64,000 bases of DNA from Diplonema japonicum (Eukaryota; Protista; Euglenozoa: Diplonemea), in assembly GCA_964019335.1 (NCBI GenBank), contig OZ025700.1:310001-374000 (forward strand), read 5' to 3'. Shown here piece by piece: positions 1 through 11,369 of this stretch; position 1 is the first letter of the stretch, and every line of letters begins with the position of its first letter. Both the position numbers and the translations under genes were made by a program. The notes beneath the pieces are model-generated. The model did no database searches and was not told the DNA's origin. It saw only the letters and a program-made list of their open reading frames with translations.

Positions 1-1967
1 AGGTATTTAGAACGGACAGAGAACACCCGCCAAGCCGACTGGATGTCAACAGCGGCGAGGATTCTGCAGGCTTCTAACTTGTGCTGCTGGACACTGATGA
101 TACGGCGTTGCTGGGCGATTCTCTTCTCCTTCTGCCACCACCTCACCATGAGCAGACCTTTGAACACCTTCTGTATTTTTATCGCAGCGTCGCACTGTTT
201 CATCAATATATCTCTGTCTTGCCTTTCCTTCTCCTTCTTCACGTGTCGCCATATATCTCTTCCTTTTTTCCCCCTCCAGGCTCTTTGGATAACGCGTACC
301 GTCAAGGCCCGGCCTCGTTCGCGTTTGTTTTCAGCCTTTTCCCTCTCTCTGTCTTTCATTTCTTTCCACCATCTGCATATTCTTAATGCGGCGTCTGATC
401 GCTGCCGTGCTGCGTTCTCGATTTGCATTCTTCTCTGCCAGACGGCAGCTTCCTTGGCGAGTGTTTCGAACTTTGCATTCTGCCGTCTCGCTAACGCTTC
501 CTTCATCACCCTTCGCATGTTCACGGGGCCTTGTGCATTGGGTGACTGCGCATTGTCTACCAGTGGCGCTTTTCCCTGCTTTTCGACACGTGGTGAGCAT
601 GGCGTCTTTAATTTTTCAGGCTTAGCCGATAGTTTAGCATGGTCTGGCTTTGTGTGTGTTACCGTAGCGCGGGGCACCTCTGGTGTCGCAGGCGGTGTGT
701 GCGGGTTCGGGATGAATATTTTAACATTCGTGTGTGAGCTTTCTGGTGTCAAAAGTTTTCTGTTCGAAGCCGACGACTCGGAGCTGCACGGGGTGGGGCC
801 CAGGGACCTGTCCGGGTTGTCCCGCAGGATCGTCTTCGCTGACAGTATCCCAGACGTCGGGCTTACCACAGGGGAGTGCCTCAATTCGGATTTCTTCTTT
901 TTCAACATGCTACGCTGTCGGGAAGCAGTCTTCACAGGCACAGGTTTCCCCATCAGTTGCGCACGCACGACCTGCACCTGTCTTTCGAGTTGCCTCAGTT
1001 TCTGATGCAGCTGCTCCTTCTTCGCGGGTGATGGAAGCGGTGGCGTCCCTTTCCCCGAGTCTGGAGTCAGTCTCGAAGACACACTCTCAGCTCGCTTCGT
1101 ATTCTTTGAGGGGGTTGTCTTCGAACTCTTCCTCCGAGGGGGCTTGTGGACGGACTTCTTCTTAATAGGTGGGGGCATAGGTCGGTGTGTTTTAGGATTG
1201 GTCGACGGCTCTGCTGGAAGGATGGGAACTGGCGGCGAAGGCACCACGGGTGTAGCAGCGTTCAACGGTGGGGGTACTGGCACGGGTGGACGGGGTTGGA
1301 GCGACGTACGTGTGTTTACAACAGCTGGAGCAGGCGGGACATCAGCTACAGATGGAGGAGTGGGCGTTGGAGTGCTGGTGGGTGTACACGACGAGGCCCC
1401 TGCAGGGCACATCGATGCTGAGGAGGTGACTTCCCTGGGCTTCGGGGTGGGGATGTTGCGTTCTAGGATCTCTTCTTCATCACCAGTCGAGGAGTTTATG
1501 TCTTCATCTTCTTCTTCTTCTTCTTCTTCTTCTTCTGCCTTGTGGGGCATATTTTTGCCACCATATGCAGTGACCTCCCTCCCGCGCCCTGTTGGTTCCG
1601 GTAGGCTGTACTTCCGTACCATCCTGCAGCTTCCAGCAGACAAAGGCCGCCCAGATGATTCTCGAGACCCTCGCCGGCTGCTCGTTGCTGTTTGGGGTCT
1701 CTCGGGTCTTATCTTCGCCAGCAAGTCCATAGCACTAGTGTACTCAGGCAGCGTAGCAGGCGTGCTCCCATTGCTAGTGTAACTGCCTCCAGCAGCTCTG
1801 CTCAGATCCCTCTCATTCGCCACGCCAGGCAGAGTGGAGTCACTGCTCAACGTCTCGGGCCGCATCATGTACTGGGTGAGGTCGGGGTTCACCGGGGACA
1901 GCTCTCCCGAGCTCACACTGCAGCTGCTGAGACATGTGTTTGGATCAAGCTCAGGGTCCGGTAGCAT
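1..1967 (-). CDS. Partial (3' end beyond window) low-complexity/coiled-coil protein with multiple IQ calmodulin-binding motifs
   Basis: Minus frame from ATG 1967 (MLPDPELDPN...) appears open to the window edge; it is absent from the ORF track, consistent with no stop. Hand translation near 1-400 gives VIQRAWRGKKGR, IKIQKVFKG and VDIQSAWRVF (IQ motifs). May be spliced to the 2914 ORF. Confidence 0.7.
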   Translation of the reverse strand, partial: MLPDPELDPNTCLSSCSVSSGELSPVNPDLTQYMMRPETLSSDSTLPGVANERDLSRAAGGSYTSNGSTPATLPEYTSAMDLLAKIRPERPQTATSSRRGSRESSGRPLSAGSCRMVRKYSLPEPTGRGREVTAYGGKNMPHKAEEEEEEEEEDEDINSSTGDEEEILERNIPTPKPREVTSSASMCPAGASSCTPTSTPTPTPPSVADVPPAPAVVNTRTSLQPRPPVPVPPPLNAATPVVPSPPVPILPAEPSTNPKTHRPMPPPIKKKSVHKPPRRKSSKTTPSKNTKRAESVSSRLTPDSGKGTPPLPSPAKKEQLHQKLRQLERQVQVVRAQLMGKPVPVKTASRQRSMLKKKKSELRHSPVVSPTSGILSAKTILRDNPDRSLGPTPCSSESSASNRKLLTPESSHTNVKIFIPNPHTPPATPEVPRATVTHTKPDHAKLSAKPEKLKTPCSPRVEKQGKAPLVDNAQSPNAQGPVNMRRVMKEALARRQNAKFETLAKEAAVWQRRMQIENAARQRSDAALRICRWWKEMKDREREKAENKRERGRALTVRVIQRAWRGKKGRDIWRHVKKEKERQDRDILMKQCDAAIKIQKVFKGLLMVRWWQKEKRIAQQRRIISVQQHKLEACRILAAVDIQSAWRVFSVRSKY

Positions 1968-1981
1968 CTCCCCCTCTTTTC

Positions 1982-2914
1982 TTATACATGAGGACTAGTA
2001 CGGCAGTGCTGGCACAAGGGTAGGTGAAGCTGGCGCACCTCGATAGAAGCCGCAAATTTAATTTTTCTGGGGGGGTTTTTTTTTCTCTTTCTTTCTTAAC
2101 TTCTATCAGGCACCACCCACCGTGTGGCCCTAGGGTCATCGTTCATGGGAGGCCGCCACGTGGATCTATTTGGCACGTTTCTTCGTACTGGGAGTTCAGG
2201 CTGCCGCACGCACGGTGTGGGTGCGGGGACGGCCTCGGCCGGGCCCGGGGAGGGGGTCCGGGGGGGCGAAGGGGGGCGGGGCCCCTGTTTGGTTGGGGTG
2301 GAAACCACAGGAAAAGGAAAGGAAGGGTTGGCTTCAAGGTGTTCCTCGTAAGTAGTGGGAACATACCTGGTGAGGTACATGGATTTCCGATACTGCAGGT
2401 ACTGTTCCTCGGCCTCGTGCGAGAGGTGGCTTGGATCAGGGGTGCAGGCATCTACCTTATAAGAACACATTATCTCCTTGTACATCGCACGCCCCGTCTC
2501 GGCTACCGGGGGTGGGGCTGTAGACTTCACTATGCTCGCGTAATTAATGCCTTTCCAAGCGTGTCTGGGTACCTCCCACGGACGCAGTTCTCCGCCCCCA
2601 GTGCTGTGGACGGTGTAGCCTGTTGTCATGTTGCACACCTCCCAGTAGCCATTCTCACCAACACGAAGGACACCTGTCTCACCCACCCATTCTTGCCCGC
2701 ACTCTTTGTACCATCCGCTGGCTCCTGTGATGCAAACCCGTACCCACTGCTCCTCGGTTGTGCTGCCAGTCGTCTTTTCACGTTGGGTGGCAGCGGGCAG
2801 TACGTGCACTGAAGCATCCTCATTATGTGCTTCTCTAAATCTTGTAACAGCTGACCTATCAGTTTGTTTCACTTTAAACAAGGGCGGCGTTAAGCGTGAA
2901 GGGGGCGTAATCAT
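1982..2914 (-). CDS. Hypothetical protein (Trp/Gly beta-rich domain + Pro-rich linker); probable intron 2067-2120; may be the 5' part of the IQ-motif gene
   Basis: 272-aa ORF 2096-2914 runs into GTGGGT...A-rich...CCCAG (54 nt). Removing it gives a short exon ending at TAA 1982, only 14 nt before ATG 1967. An alternative acceptor near 1929 would fuse both ORFs in frame. Confidence 0.5.
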
Positions 2915-3730
2915 TTTCTCCCTCCCCCGCTCTCTGAGTATGAGTGGAATTGGGAATTAAGACAACGCAGAAAAAAAGAAGAAGAAGAAGTATAACTAAA
3001 CTCACAGGAGAAAAAAAAAAGAAGAAACAATAAGAAAAGAAAACATAGCTTCAGAAAAAAAGGGGGGGGTGGGTGGGGGGAAAAGAAGGGTTGTGGTAAA
3101 AAAGAAATGAAAGAAGAGGGGGAGGGGAAGAGAAAAGAGAAAAGAGAAAAGAGAGAAGAAAAAAGAGAAAAGAGAAAAGAGAAAAGAAGGAAAGGAAAAA
3201 GGCATTTTTTTTCTCCCACCCCCCTTCACTACTTGATCTCTGATAATTTGATTTAAGAAAAAAAAAAAAAAAAAAAAAAAAAAAGCAACATATGATTTAG
3301 CCTGTAGGGAGGCTTCCAGCAACCATGACAAATCAGATCGATATCACATGGAAGAAAAAGAAGAAAAACTTAAGAGGTTGTTTTGTCCTGCCTTCACTAA
3401 AATTTTTTATCGGTGATTCTTTCCTTTCTCAGACGTATTATATGACATGCTCCTTGCTCTGAGAAACGAAATGGTCAAACAAAAAAGAAACAACAAAAAA
3501 AAAAGAAGATGAAGAAGAAGAAGCTAGGCAGACTTCCAAAGGGACTTGACGCAATTTCTTTTTTAAAAGATTCCAGCAAGATCCGATTAAAAAAAAGAGA
3601 AAAAAAAAGAGAAAAAGAAAAAAACGAAGGTGTTTCTTTTTCAAGATGATGGGAGCACCATTGCCTCTCCCCCCTTTTTTTTATCTCCTTCATTATTTTT
3701 TTTTTCACTTGCTTTTTTTTTTTTTAAATT

Positions 3731-4270
3731 TCACTCTTCAGAAATTACTTCACGCACTGGGGGGCCCATTACTTCACGCTAAATCTCATTACTTCACGCT
3801 TAATCTCATTACTTCACGGTGAAATAATGGCCTGTTTTCCGTGAAGTAATAGGGGGTTTCCGTTAAATAATATGCCTCGGTAGGCCAATTTTTGCCTCGG
3901 TTCGGTTCCCAGTGGGGCAACTTTTTCCTCTCAGTTTGCTAATTTCCCCCAGGTTCAGTTCAATTGGCCAACTTTTGCCTCGGCTCAGTTCCAAGTTGGA
4001 CTACTTTTTCCTCCCAATTTGCCCACTTTCCGCTGTCGCTGGCATTGCCACTGTCACCATCTCTAATCAGGCCTTCCCATACCTGGCGCGGCCGCTGGCT
4101 CCTTTTTTTCTGCTGCTTCGGTATTTTGAAGTCATTTGGGCAGCTCTTAGTCAACAAAAGGAGGGAAAACAACTTGTATTGTAACCTTTGTAACCCCTCT
4201 CTTGTTGTACCCCTTGTCACCCTGTTGTGCCCCTCGTGGTGAAGTAATTTCAGAGTGTCGTGAAATAAAA
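3731..4270. mobile_element. MITE-like non-autonomous DNA transposon relic
   Basis: Imperfect terminal inverted repeat cactc..gaaattacttcac (3732-3753) / gtgaagtaatttcagagtg (4239-4257), tandem attacttcacg subterminal repeats, and an internal ~57-bp direct repeat (3883, 3966). Confidence 0.55.
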
Positions 4271-7159
4271 CCACTTACCTACCGCCAAGTAATGCTTTAC
4301 CGACCTCGAGGTAACGGTAAAGTCATTACTTGTTGGCAGTAAATAGCTATTTTTTTTTTTTTCTTTCTTGAAATGTAATGAAAAATTCACCACACCAAAA
4401 AAAGGATAGAGGGGGGAGGGGAGAAAAAACACAAAAATATGGGTAGTTTTTTTTTTTTTTTCCTTCTGCCCTTCTGAAAAAGGGGCATTTCACCGTTTTT
4501 TTTTTTTTAATTGTCACACAGTACTTACTACAGCACAGGCTAGACAAAAGGGGGGGGGGGGTAAAAGAAGACAAATCCCACTTGAGGGCAGCATCCATTA
4601 AAGAAAAAGATTTTTATCCCCACACGAACAAAGAATAACTCACCGATTTCTTTTTTTTTCCCCCTTTTTTCCCCCCCTGTCTATTCCAAGTCACTTGCCC
4701 TTGCTTGTTGGGAAAGATTCTTGAGGATTACGACAACCTTACGTATTGAGCCAGGTGTATAAGTAAATTAACTATTTCTTTTTTTTATTTACCAAAGCAA
4801 ATAATGAGCCAGTGAGGGGGGGGGGGGGGGGGGGTTATTATAAGAGATAAAGGGGCCGGAGTGGAATAATGGCTCATTTCACTTGTAAAGTAGCACATTT
4901 ATGGCACCCCCGACCTACCTGTTGAAATCCACAATTAGGTTTTTCTTTTTTCTTTTTTTTTTTCTTTTCTTTTTTTCTTTTGAAGTTTTAAGCTTTTTCA
5001 TTTTTTTTTTCTTTCCTCCCTCATTTCAAAAAATTGTAGTAGGAGGTAAACCACCACCATCGAAAAAAAAAAAAGCGTGGTGGGGGGGGGGAAGAGAAAA
5101 GAAAGAAGAAAAAAAAAAAACTAAAAAAAAAAATTAAGATTGTTCTGGATTTCTCGTTCTTCTTGGATTTTTGCGAAAGAAAGCGGTTTTGTAGATAAAA
5201 AAAAAAAAAAAAAAAGAGCAAATTATTAACCCCTTGCCCTGCGTTAAAAAGATTATCATAGAAAAAAAAAAGTTTTTTCCGGAAGCGGAAAAGGGGGTTA
5301 ACAAAAAAAAAATCTAAGCAGCGCACACAGCCTTTCCTCCTCTCCCCAGCGCGACCTCCTTTCTTTTTGCCTTGCAAAGCACTCGCCACATAATAAAGGA
5401 ATAGATAGCGATTCAAGCTCAGATGGGGGGGGGGGGGGGAGAAGCTTATATTCCATATTTCTTTTTTTTTTCCTATAAAAAAAAGAGACATTTAAGGGTA
5501 AAAACAGAAGAAGGTAAAAATGAAAAAGTCCGACAACCCTCGAAGCTCAACGGAGTCTATCCAAGGGGGGTAAAAGAACCAGAGGAAGAAAGGAGAGGAT
5601 GGGAAAAAAAAAGTTTTTTTTTTCTCCTTTTCAAAATTATCCTCTCCTTTCGTATTCTGTTTTTTTTTTCTTTTTCGTTTTTTTTTTTTTTTTTAATTTT
5701 AAAAACCATTCTTCTGACCTTTTTTTTTTGTTTTCCTTTTTTTTTTTTTTTTTTTTTTTGTTCCTTCTCTCCCATTCCTTTACAACACCCACCTTTTTTT
5801 TTGTTAGTAGTTTTTTTTTTTGACGCTTTCTTTTTGTTCCCAAAACTATTTTTAGACTAGAAATATTTGCTTCACTAATATGATGGGGGGGGGGGGGGGG
5901 GGGTCATCTCATATTTTTGCACAAGGACAACTCAAACACAGTGTCAACGCACACTTAAGAGGTCCGGGTGCTATCTACTACAGGGCGGCCAGCGTTGTCC
6001 TATTTAGGGTTTAAAGGGGTGCTTTTTTTCCCCCTCAGGGGTCGCGTTCTCAGACCGACCGTTGCGGGCAGCCGGTTCTTCTCTTAGTTTCTTCTCTTTT
6101 TTCTGCAGTGCTTTTTTTCAACCATACTCAGAAACAAATCTAAAAAAAAAAAAAAAAAAAAAGCAAGGGCTGATGTTTCATCAGCAGAGGAGAAGAAGAA
6201 AAAAAAAAAGAAAAAAAAAAACGGGCCTTCCTTCTATAATTAAAAAAAATATATATATAGTTTTTTTTCCCTCCCCCCACCTTTTGTCAGCGGGCAGCAG
6301 AGAACAATGAGATACTGTAAATCTCTTATTATTATTATTATTTTTTTAAAAGGCCAAAGTACGACACACATCTTAAGAAGAAAGGTGTGACACCCTAATT
6401 GGGATTTTAAAACGACTGGGTATCACTGGACATTCTTTTTTGATTTTTCCCTATGTCAGATCTAAGGCAAGAGATTTACAGTACACCAAAACCGATACAT
6501 TACGGCTTGTTTTCTGCCTCGTAAAAATGGGGGGGGGGGGATCGATTTCAATTTTCTTTTTCTTTTTTTTAAAAGTTTTTGTGATTATTATTATCTTACC
6601 CGTTGGTAATAGTACATCGAATGACTTTTTTTTTGTTTTGTTTTGTTTTTTTTTTCATTTTCACATTGTACTTTCTTTCTTTTTCTTTTTTTTTGTTTTG
6701 TTTTGTTTTTCTTCTTCCTTCCGCAGAAAATAAACTATGCATCTAGGTTAATAGCTTCACTTCATCATCTTGTCATGTGCCCCCCTCCCCCCCCCCCTTT
6801 CAGCACATTTTAATTTCCAAAAAAAAAAAACAAAAAAAAACAATCCTACACTGGTTTTTGTAAAAAAAAAAAAATTCACTATGATAGGAACGAAGTGGTT
6901 AGCAACGGCCCGCCAAAAAAAAAAAACAAATACTCACCCCCTTTTTTTGACAGAAAAGAACCCATAAAAAAAACAAAATAAAAATAAAAATAAAAATAAA
7001 AATAAAAATAAAAATAAAAACATAAAAGACAAAAAAAAATGGGGAGGGGGAGGAGGGGGAGCATGTCCATCATCCCCGCACAACAAAACCAAAAAAAAAA
7101 AAAAAAATAAGGTGTGGTATTTTTTTTTTTTTCTTTTCATTTTTTTTTTTTTTTTCTTT

Positions 7160-10100
7160 TCATTGCCCCGACGATACTTGAGTAGAAGACTCAGAGACCC
7201 TTCGAGAAGGAGGCACCAACGGAGAAGCAAAAGAGATACAAGCCCCGGTACGAGATAACGGGGGAAATATGGAATCTGAAGGTTCAGAACGTGAGCCGCT
7301 TCTAGTAGGCTGCAACGCCGCACTGACCAGCGCAGGTCGGAGTGAGGTGTTCTTCTCACGCATAGTAAGCACTTTTCGAAGCACAGCATCGGCAGGACGA
7401 TCCCTTACCAACTCCCGTAACGGGTTCAGCTCCCCACGAGTCAACGCGTCTTGAAGCTGAACAGAACTCCACGCATCGGTATCGAGAAGCATTTTTTCCC
7501 ACGCGTCTGCCACCGGCATCAACGCCATCGCCTTCAACTCGTATATTAAAATCTCTTCACCAACATAAGTCCACTTATCGACAGGACGTGTGTTGAAGGG
7601 TTCCTCCTTAGCGATACCACCTGATGCTGTCGAAGCACCCAACGCAAATGTCCCCAATTCGCAAGCAGATGTCGCGAGCAACATTGAAAGCTCGGATGTG
7701 TGGCCTAGAATGGTTGAAAACCGGTGCTTCTTACCGCCTACATTTCCCACAGCCACGACACCGGTCGCGACGCCGACGTGAGCTTTGCCCTTGATCTGAT
7801 CGTTCATCAGACCCACAAAAACACCGGCCTTCGCAGGATGCCGCCGACATGACTTCGACACGTTGTAGGAGACTGTTATGTTGCCCCCTGCGCCGTCCAT
7901 GATCATCCCGGAGGTGCGATCTGCGGCGGATTCTGCAGCAGATATTATCTGGTTAGTTGTCTGTAATACTGCTTGCATGGACTCCATGACGTTCGGGAAC
8001 AGAGTAGCGAACGCAGGCTGCACGTACACCACAGTGGCATCGGCTGTCTTCAACGTGGTACGAAGCTTCGAGTTGATGACTGCCGATGTCCCTTGTTCTT
8101 GGTCGATTGTGTAGTGGAATGCGTCGCGGGTGGCCAGCTGGTCCCGGACATTCTCAACACGACCTGCAAGGTTCGCCGGGACTAATCCTATCAAATCGAC
8201 ACGTTCTTGTATCCCCTTTAACTCCTTGAACCCGATTGATAAAATCTTCGGGTCGCCCACTCGTGCAATCCCGTCGGAGCCTAAAGCATCTAACACCGCA
8301 CGGGTTGCTACGACGAGACCTCCAACAGCTTGTCCTTCAACCCTTGCTGCTGTGTTCACCGTCGGGCCGAAGTAATCGCAGCGTCCCGTGACGGGGTTGT
8401 TGTCTGCGACGACCAAACCGCAATGTACCCCCATGCGCACACGTAGCCCGTTCCATATCACCTGGCCTGACCCGGATGTTATCTTTGCGTAGTCCTGCGT
8501 TTTTGAAAGCTTTGTGGGCCAGGGTGCGGCGACCAATGCAAGTTGTGAATCGATGCTGAACCTGCAAGCGTCGAGAACGCAGTCGAAGGCCACCATGAAC
8601 GCGTCACCGATTGTCTTCACCTCGTAGCCTCGGTTCTCTTCGAGAATCTTCCGCAAGACGTTGTTGTGTATCGCAAGGGACTCAACCATAGCAGAGTTGC
8701 CGACCAACCCCCACAGTTTGGTGGAGCCTTGGATGTCTGTGAAAACGAGGGTGAGGTTTTCACCAGGTGGGGGGTCTCTATGGGCAGGCAGGCGAGGCAT
8801 GCTGGAACCAGCAGCAGACACAGACGGTTGCCGTTCCGGAACCAACGGGTTAAACAGTGCAGGCGACGGTGTGTCGTTTTGATTCGGTTGTTCATCTTCA
8901 AGTTCGTCCTCTTCCTCGCGCGGCGCGGATGGCGTTCGCGCCTCGGAACTGGTGTCGTCGACCAGAACATACGCTGGGATGTAAGGCCGGAACTCCTTAA
9001 GGCGGCGAAGCATCGACAGGAATGAGGTTTGCATCATGGCGACCTCGTGCAGGCGGGAGCGGGGCTGGTCCGCGTCGATCTTGTCGAGCTTCATCATGGC
9101 AACGATGTTCATCTGTTCCTTGAGGTTCGTCAGGGGTTTGAGAAGCAAGTTGGTCAGGATGGTCGCGACACAGGACATCACCACACTGATTCCAACAACC
9201 GTGAGAAGAAGTATCGCCCTGTCCCGCTCAATACTATCTTGAACATCATTGTCAGACCGCACAAGATCCCGTTGAAGCTCGGCAACTGTTTGCGTCACGT
9301 TTTCAGACAATTTGTCGTGATCGACGACCGCACAAAGCCTCCAGAAGGTACCGTACCGCTCGGAGATATCCCTCGTTGCAATGTAGAATCTAGACGATCG
9401 GAAGACGGGTGCTTCTTTCGGAGCGTGGGTTTCCTCGTCATTCGTGTTTACATCGTGGTCCGGCTGGTGCTCGTACCTGATGGTCACGATAGATAAATTC
9501 GACTGCGGTGTAGATGGGATCTTTTCCAAACGGGGGACACCATTGCAAAACGATGCAGCGGGATCTATATCAGTACAGGACACAAGAATACCCGCCTGTT
9601 GTATTAAAGCATCATGCGCGTCTTCCATTTTAATCGGGGCGATCGGTTCAGAGTTGTTGGCTGCGCCGTGGTACCATTGGTGTGACCCGTGCGAGACGCC
9701 CATGAGGGTACCTACATCGTTGTGGGCTTTAAGTTTGAAGGATGCCGCGGTGTTGGGGACGACCGTGGAGGACTTGTGGATGAACGCGAACAGCCGTAAC
9801 TCGACATCGTCTAGCAACACGTGAGCTTCATTGGCGGAAACCCTCAGAAAATTGCTGACAGCGCGGAGATCATTGCGTGCGAGGACCGTCCCTGCCCTTA
9901 CCCCGTTGATTTCATACGGGATAACTACGTCCGCCCCAACGTATTGGTAGAATGCGTATGCAGCTCCCCAGGTCGGTTTGCCAATCTTCACTTGTTGTGA
10001 TATCAGCAAACCGGGGACCATTGCCGAATTTAAATCAGGGAACCCCGACAACGTTCCTGAGAACGTCCCATTGTCTTCAAACTCTTCAACATTATCTATG

Positions 10101-10654
10101 TATAATGAACCCGTCCCGTGCAAGATTATGTCAATATGTGATTGGTTTTCAGGAAGCCCAATTGTATCTGCTTGTTCGAGCATTAAAAGCGTGGTGTTTG
10201 GTGTGAGTATGCCTATGGATACGAGGCCGTTAGGACGTTGGTTTGCAAGTTCTGATTTCCAGGAGAGGATTTTGTCGGCCAGAGTGGGGAAGGTGACGGG
10301 TTCGCCGGAATCCGCGAGTTCTCTGATAAAGATGTCGTGCTGAGTCATCGCAGTACGCCGAATATCATCGAGAAACGAGAGGAGCTTGCCGTTGGCATTG
10401 TTCGCAAAGGTACCGATGTAAGCGTGCAGCCATATATCTAAGTTGGTGTCGGCCGTATCGAAACATTTCTTCACTGCAAGGTTGTGGGTGTCCCTTGTGT
10501 TTTCTACTGCTACCGCTTGGGACCGAAATGCCAGGCCTGTCGTTGCAAGCACTACCAGCAATATGCTCATTAAACTTATGCACACGGAGGCGGCCTTAAG
10601 CGATATGAGATCCCGTTTGAAGCTCCCGTCATCATTCTGGTTCGCAAGGTGCAT
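7160..10654 (-). CDS. Receptor-type class III adenylate cyclase (TM - extracellular sensor - TM - HAMP - catalytic domain - degenerate second cyclase-like domain)
   Basis: 1164 aa. Motifs TLVFTDIQGSTKLW, GYEVKTIGDAFMVAF, WNGLRVRMGVHCG and DYFGPTVNTAARVE (euglenozoan AC type); two hydrophobic helices; HAMP-like LKPLTNL...EVAMMQTSF. Confidence 0.93.
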   Translation of the reverse strand: MHLANQNDDGSFKRDLISLKAASVCISLMSILLVVLATTGLAFRSQAVAVENTRDTHNLAVKKCFDTADTNLDIWLHAYIGTFANNANGKLLSFLDDIRRTAMTQHDIFIRELADSGEPVTFPTLADKILSWKSELANQRPNGLVSIGILTPNTTLLMLEQADTIGLPENQSHIDIILHGTGSLYIDNVEEFEDNGTFSGTLSGFPDLNSAMVPGLLISQQVKIGKPTWGAAYAFYQYVGADVVIPYEINGVRAGTVLARNDLRAVSNFLRVSANEAHVLLDDVELRLFAFIHKSSTVVPNTAASFKLKAHNDVGTLMGVSHGSHQWYHGAANNSEPIAPIKMEDAHDALIQQAGILVSCTDIDPAASFCNGVPRLEKIPSTPQSNLSIVTIRYEHQPDHDVNTNDEETHAPKEAPVFRSSRFYIATRDISERYGTFWRLCAVVDHDKLSENVTQTVAELQRDLVRSDNDVQDSIERDRAILLLTVVGISVVMSCVATILTNLLLKPLTNLKEQMNIVAMMKLDKIDADQPRSRLHEVAMMQTSFLSMLRRLKEFRPYIPAYVLVDDTSSEARTPSAPREEEDELEDEQPNQNDTPSPALFNPLVPERQPSVSAAGSSMPRLPAHRDPPPGENLTLVFTDIQGSTKLWGLVGNSAMVESLAIHNNVLRKILEENRGYEVKTIGDAFMVAFDCVLDACRFSIDSQLALVAAPWPTKLSKTQDYAKITSGSGQVIWNGLRVRMGVHCGLVVADNNPVTGRCDYFGPTVNTAARVEGQAVGGLVVATRAVLDALGSDGIARVGDPKILSIGFKELKGIQERVDLIGLVPANLAGRVENVRDQLATRDAFHYTIDQEQGTSAVINSKLRTTLKTADATVVYVQPAFATLFPNVMESMQAVLQTTNQIISAAESAADRTSGMIMDGAGGNITVSYNVSKSCRRHPAKAGVFVGLMNDQIKGKAHVGVATGVVAVGNVGGKKHRFSTILGHTSELSMLLATSACELGTFALGASTASGGIAKEEPFNTRPVDKWTYVGEEILIYELKAMALMPVADAWEKMLLDTDAWSSVQLQDALTRGELNPLRELVRDRPADAVLRKVLTMREKNTSLRPALVSAALQPTRSGSRSEPSDSIFPPLSRTGACISFASPLVPPSRRVSESSTQVSSGQ

Positions 10655-11369
10655 TTAACACCCCACAAACACGTAAGAAATTTAGGGAGGAAAAAAAAAA
10701 AAAAAAAAAAAATGTGAGGGAGAGAGGGGTGACCCTCCCTCTTCTTTTTTCTCCCTCCTCCTCCTCTCCCCCCGCCCTACTCCCTGTGTGTTGTTTTTTT
10801 TGTGGGGGGGGTTTTTTTGGGTGAAATAAAAAAGAAGAAAGAAATAAATTGTCTATTCTCACATTTTTTTTTGTGTGTGAATTTGTGTGTAGCATTTTTT
10901 AGATGGGGGGGAGGAGGGGAGGGAGAGACAGAAAACAAAAAAAAAATCACTGTGATGGGGAAAACAAAGTGGTTAGCAACGGCTCACCGAAAAAAAGAAG
11001 AAAAAAGAAGAAGAAGAAAAAAAAAAGAACGTTAACAACACCGCAATTTTCTTTGTCGAATAAAGAGAAAAGAAAGGGGAGAGGGAACAAAAAAAAACTA
11101 GTTGGCTCTTCATTAGTTTGTATAGCACGAGCGGTATTTTACCTAATAAAAAAAAAAAGAATTACTCATTACGCTGCCATCAACTAGCATTTTTCAATCT
11201 CGACAATTGGTATATTGTTAATACAAAAAAAAATCACTCGAATGGAACGAATAAAAAAAAATGCACACAGTAAAGCGCACAATCTCCGCCCCCCCCTTCC
11301 AGGATCATTTCCCAGAGAGAGAGGGAGGTGAGGGATTTTTTTTTTTTTTTTTTTCTTTTTTTTTTCTCC

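Noticed and set aside
5920-6020. Hairpin plus tttagggttt as telomerase-RNA template or telomeric seed
   Set aside because: Single unit with no supporting structure.
2911-7100. Poly-Lys/Phe ORFs in spacers (also 12.3-13 kb, 14.2-18.4 kb, 36.7-37.6 kb)
   Set aside because: Translations of A/T homopolymer tracts.
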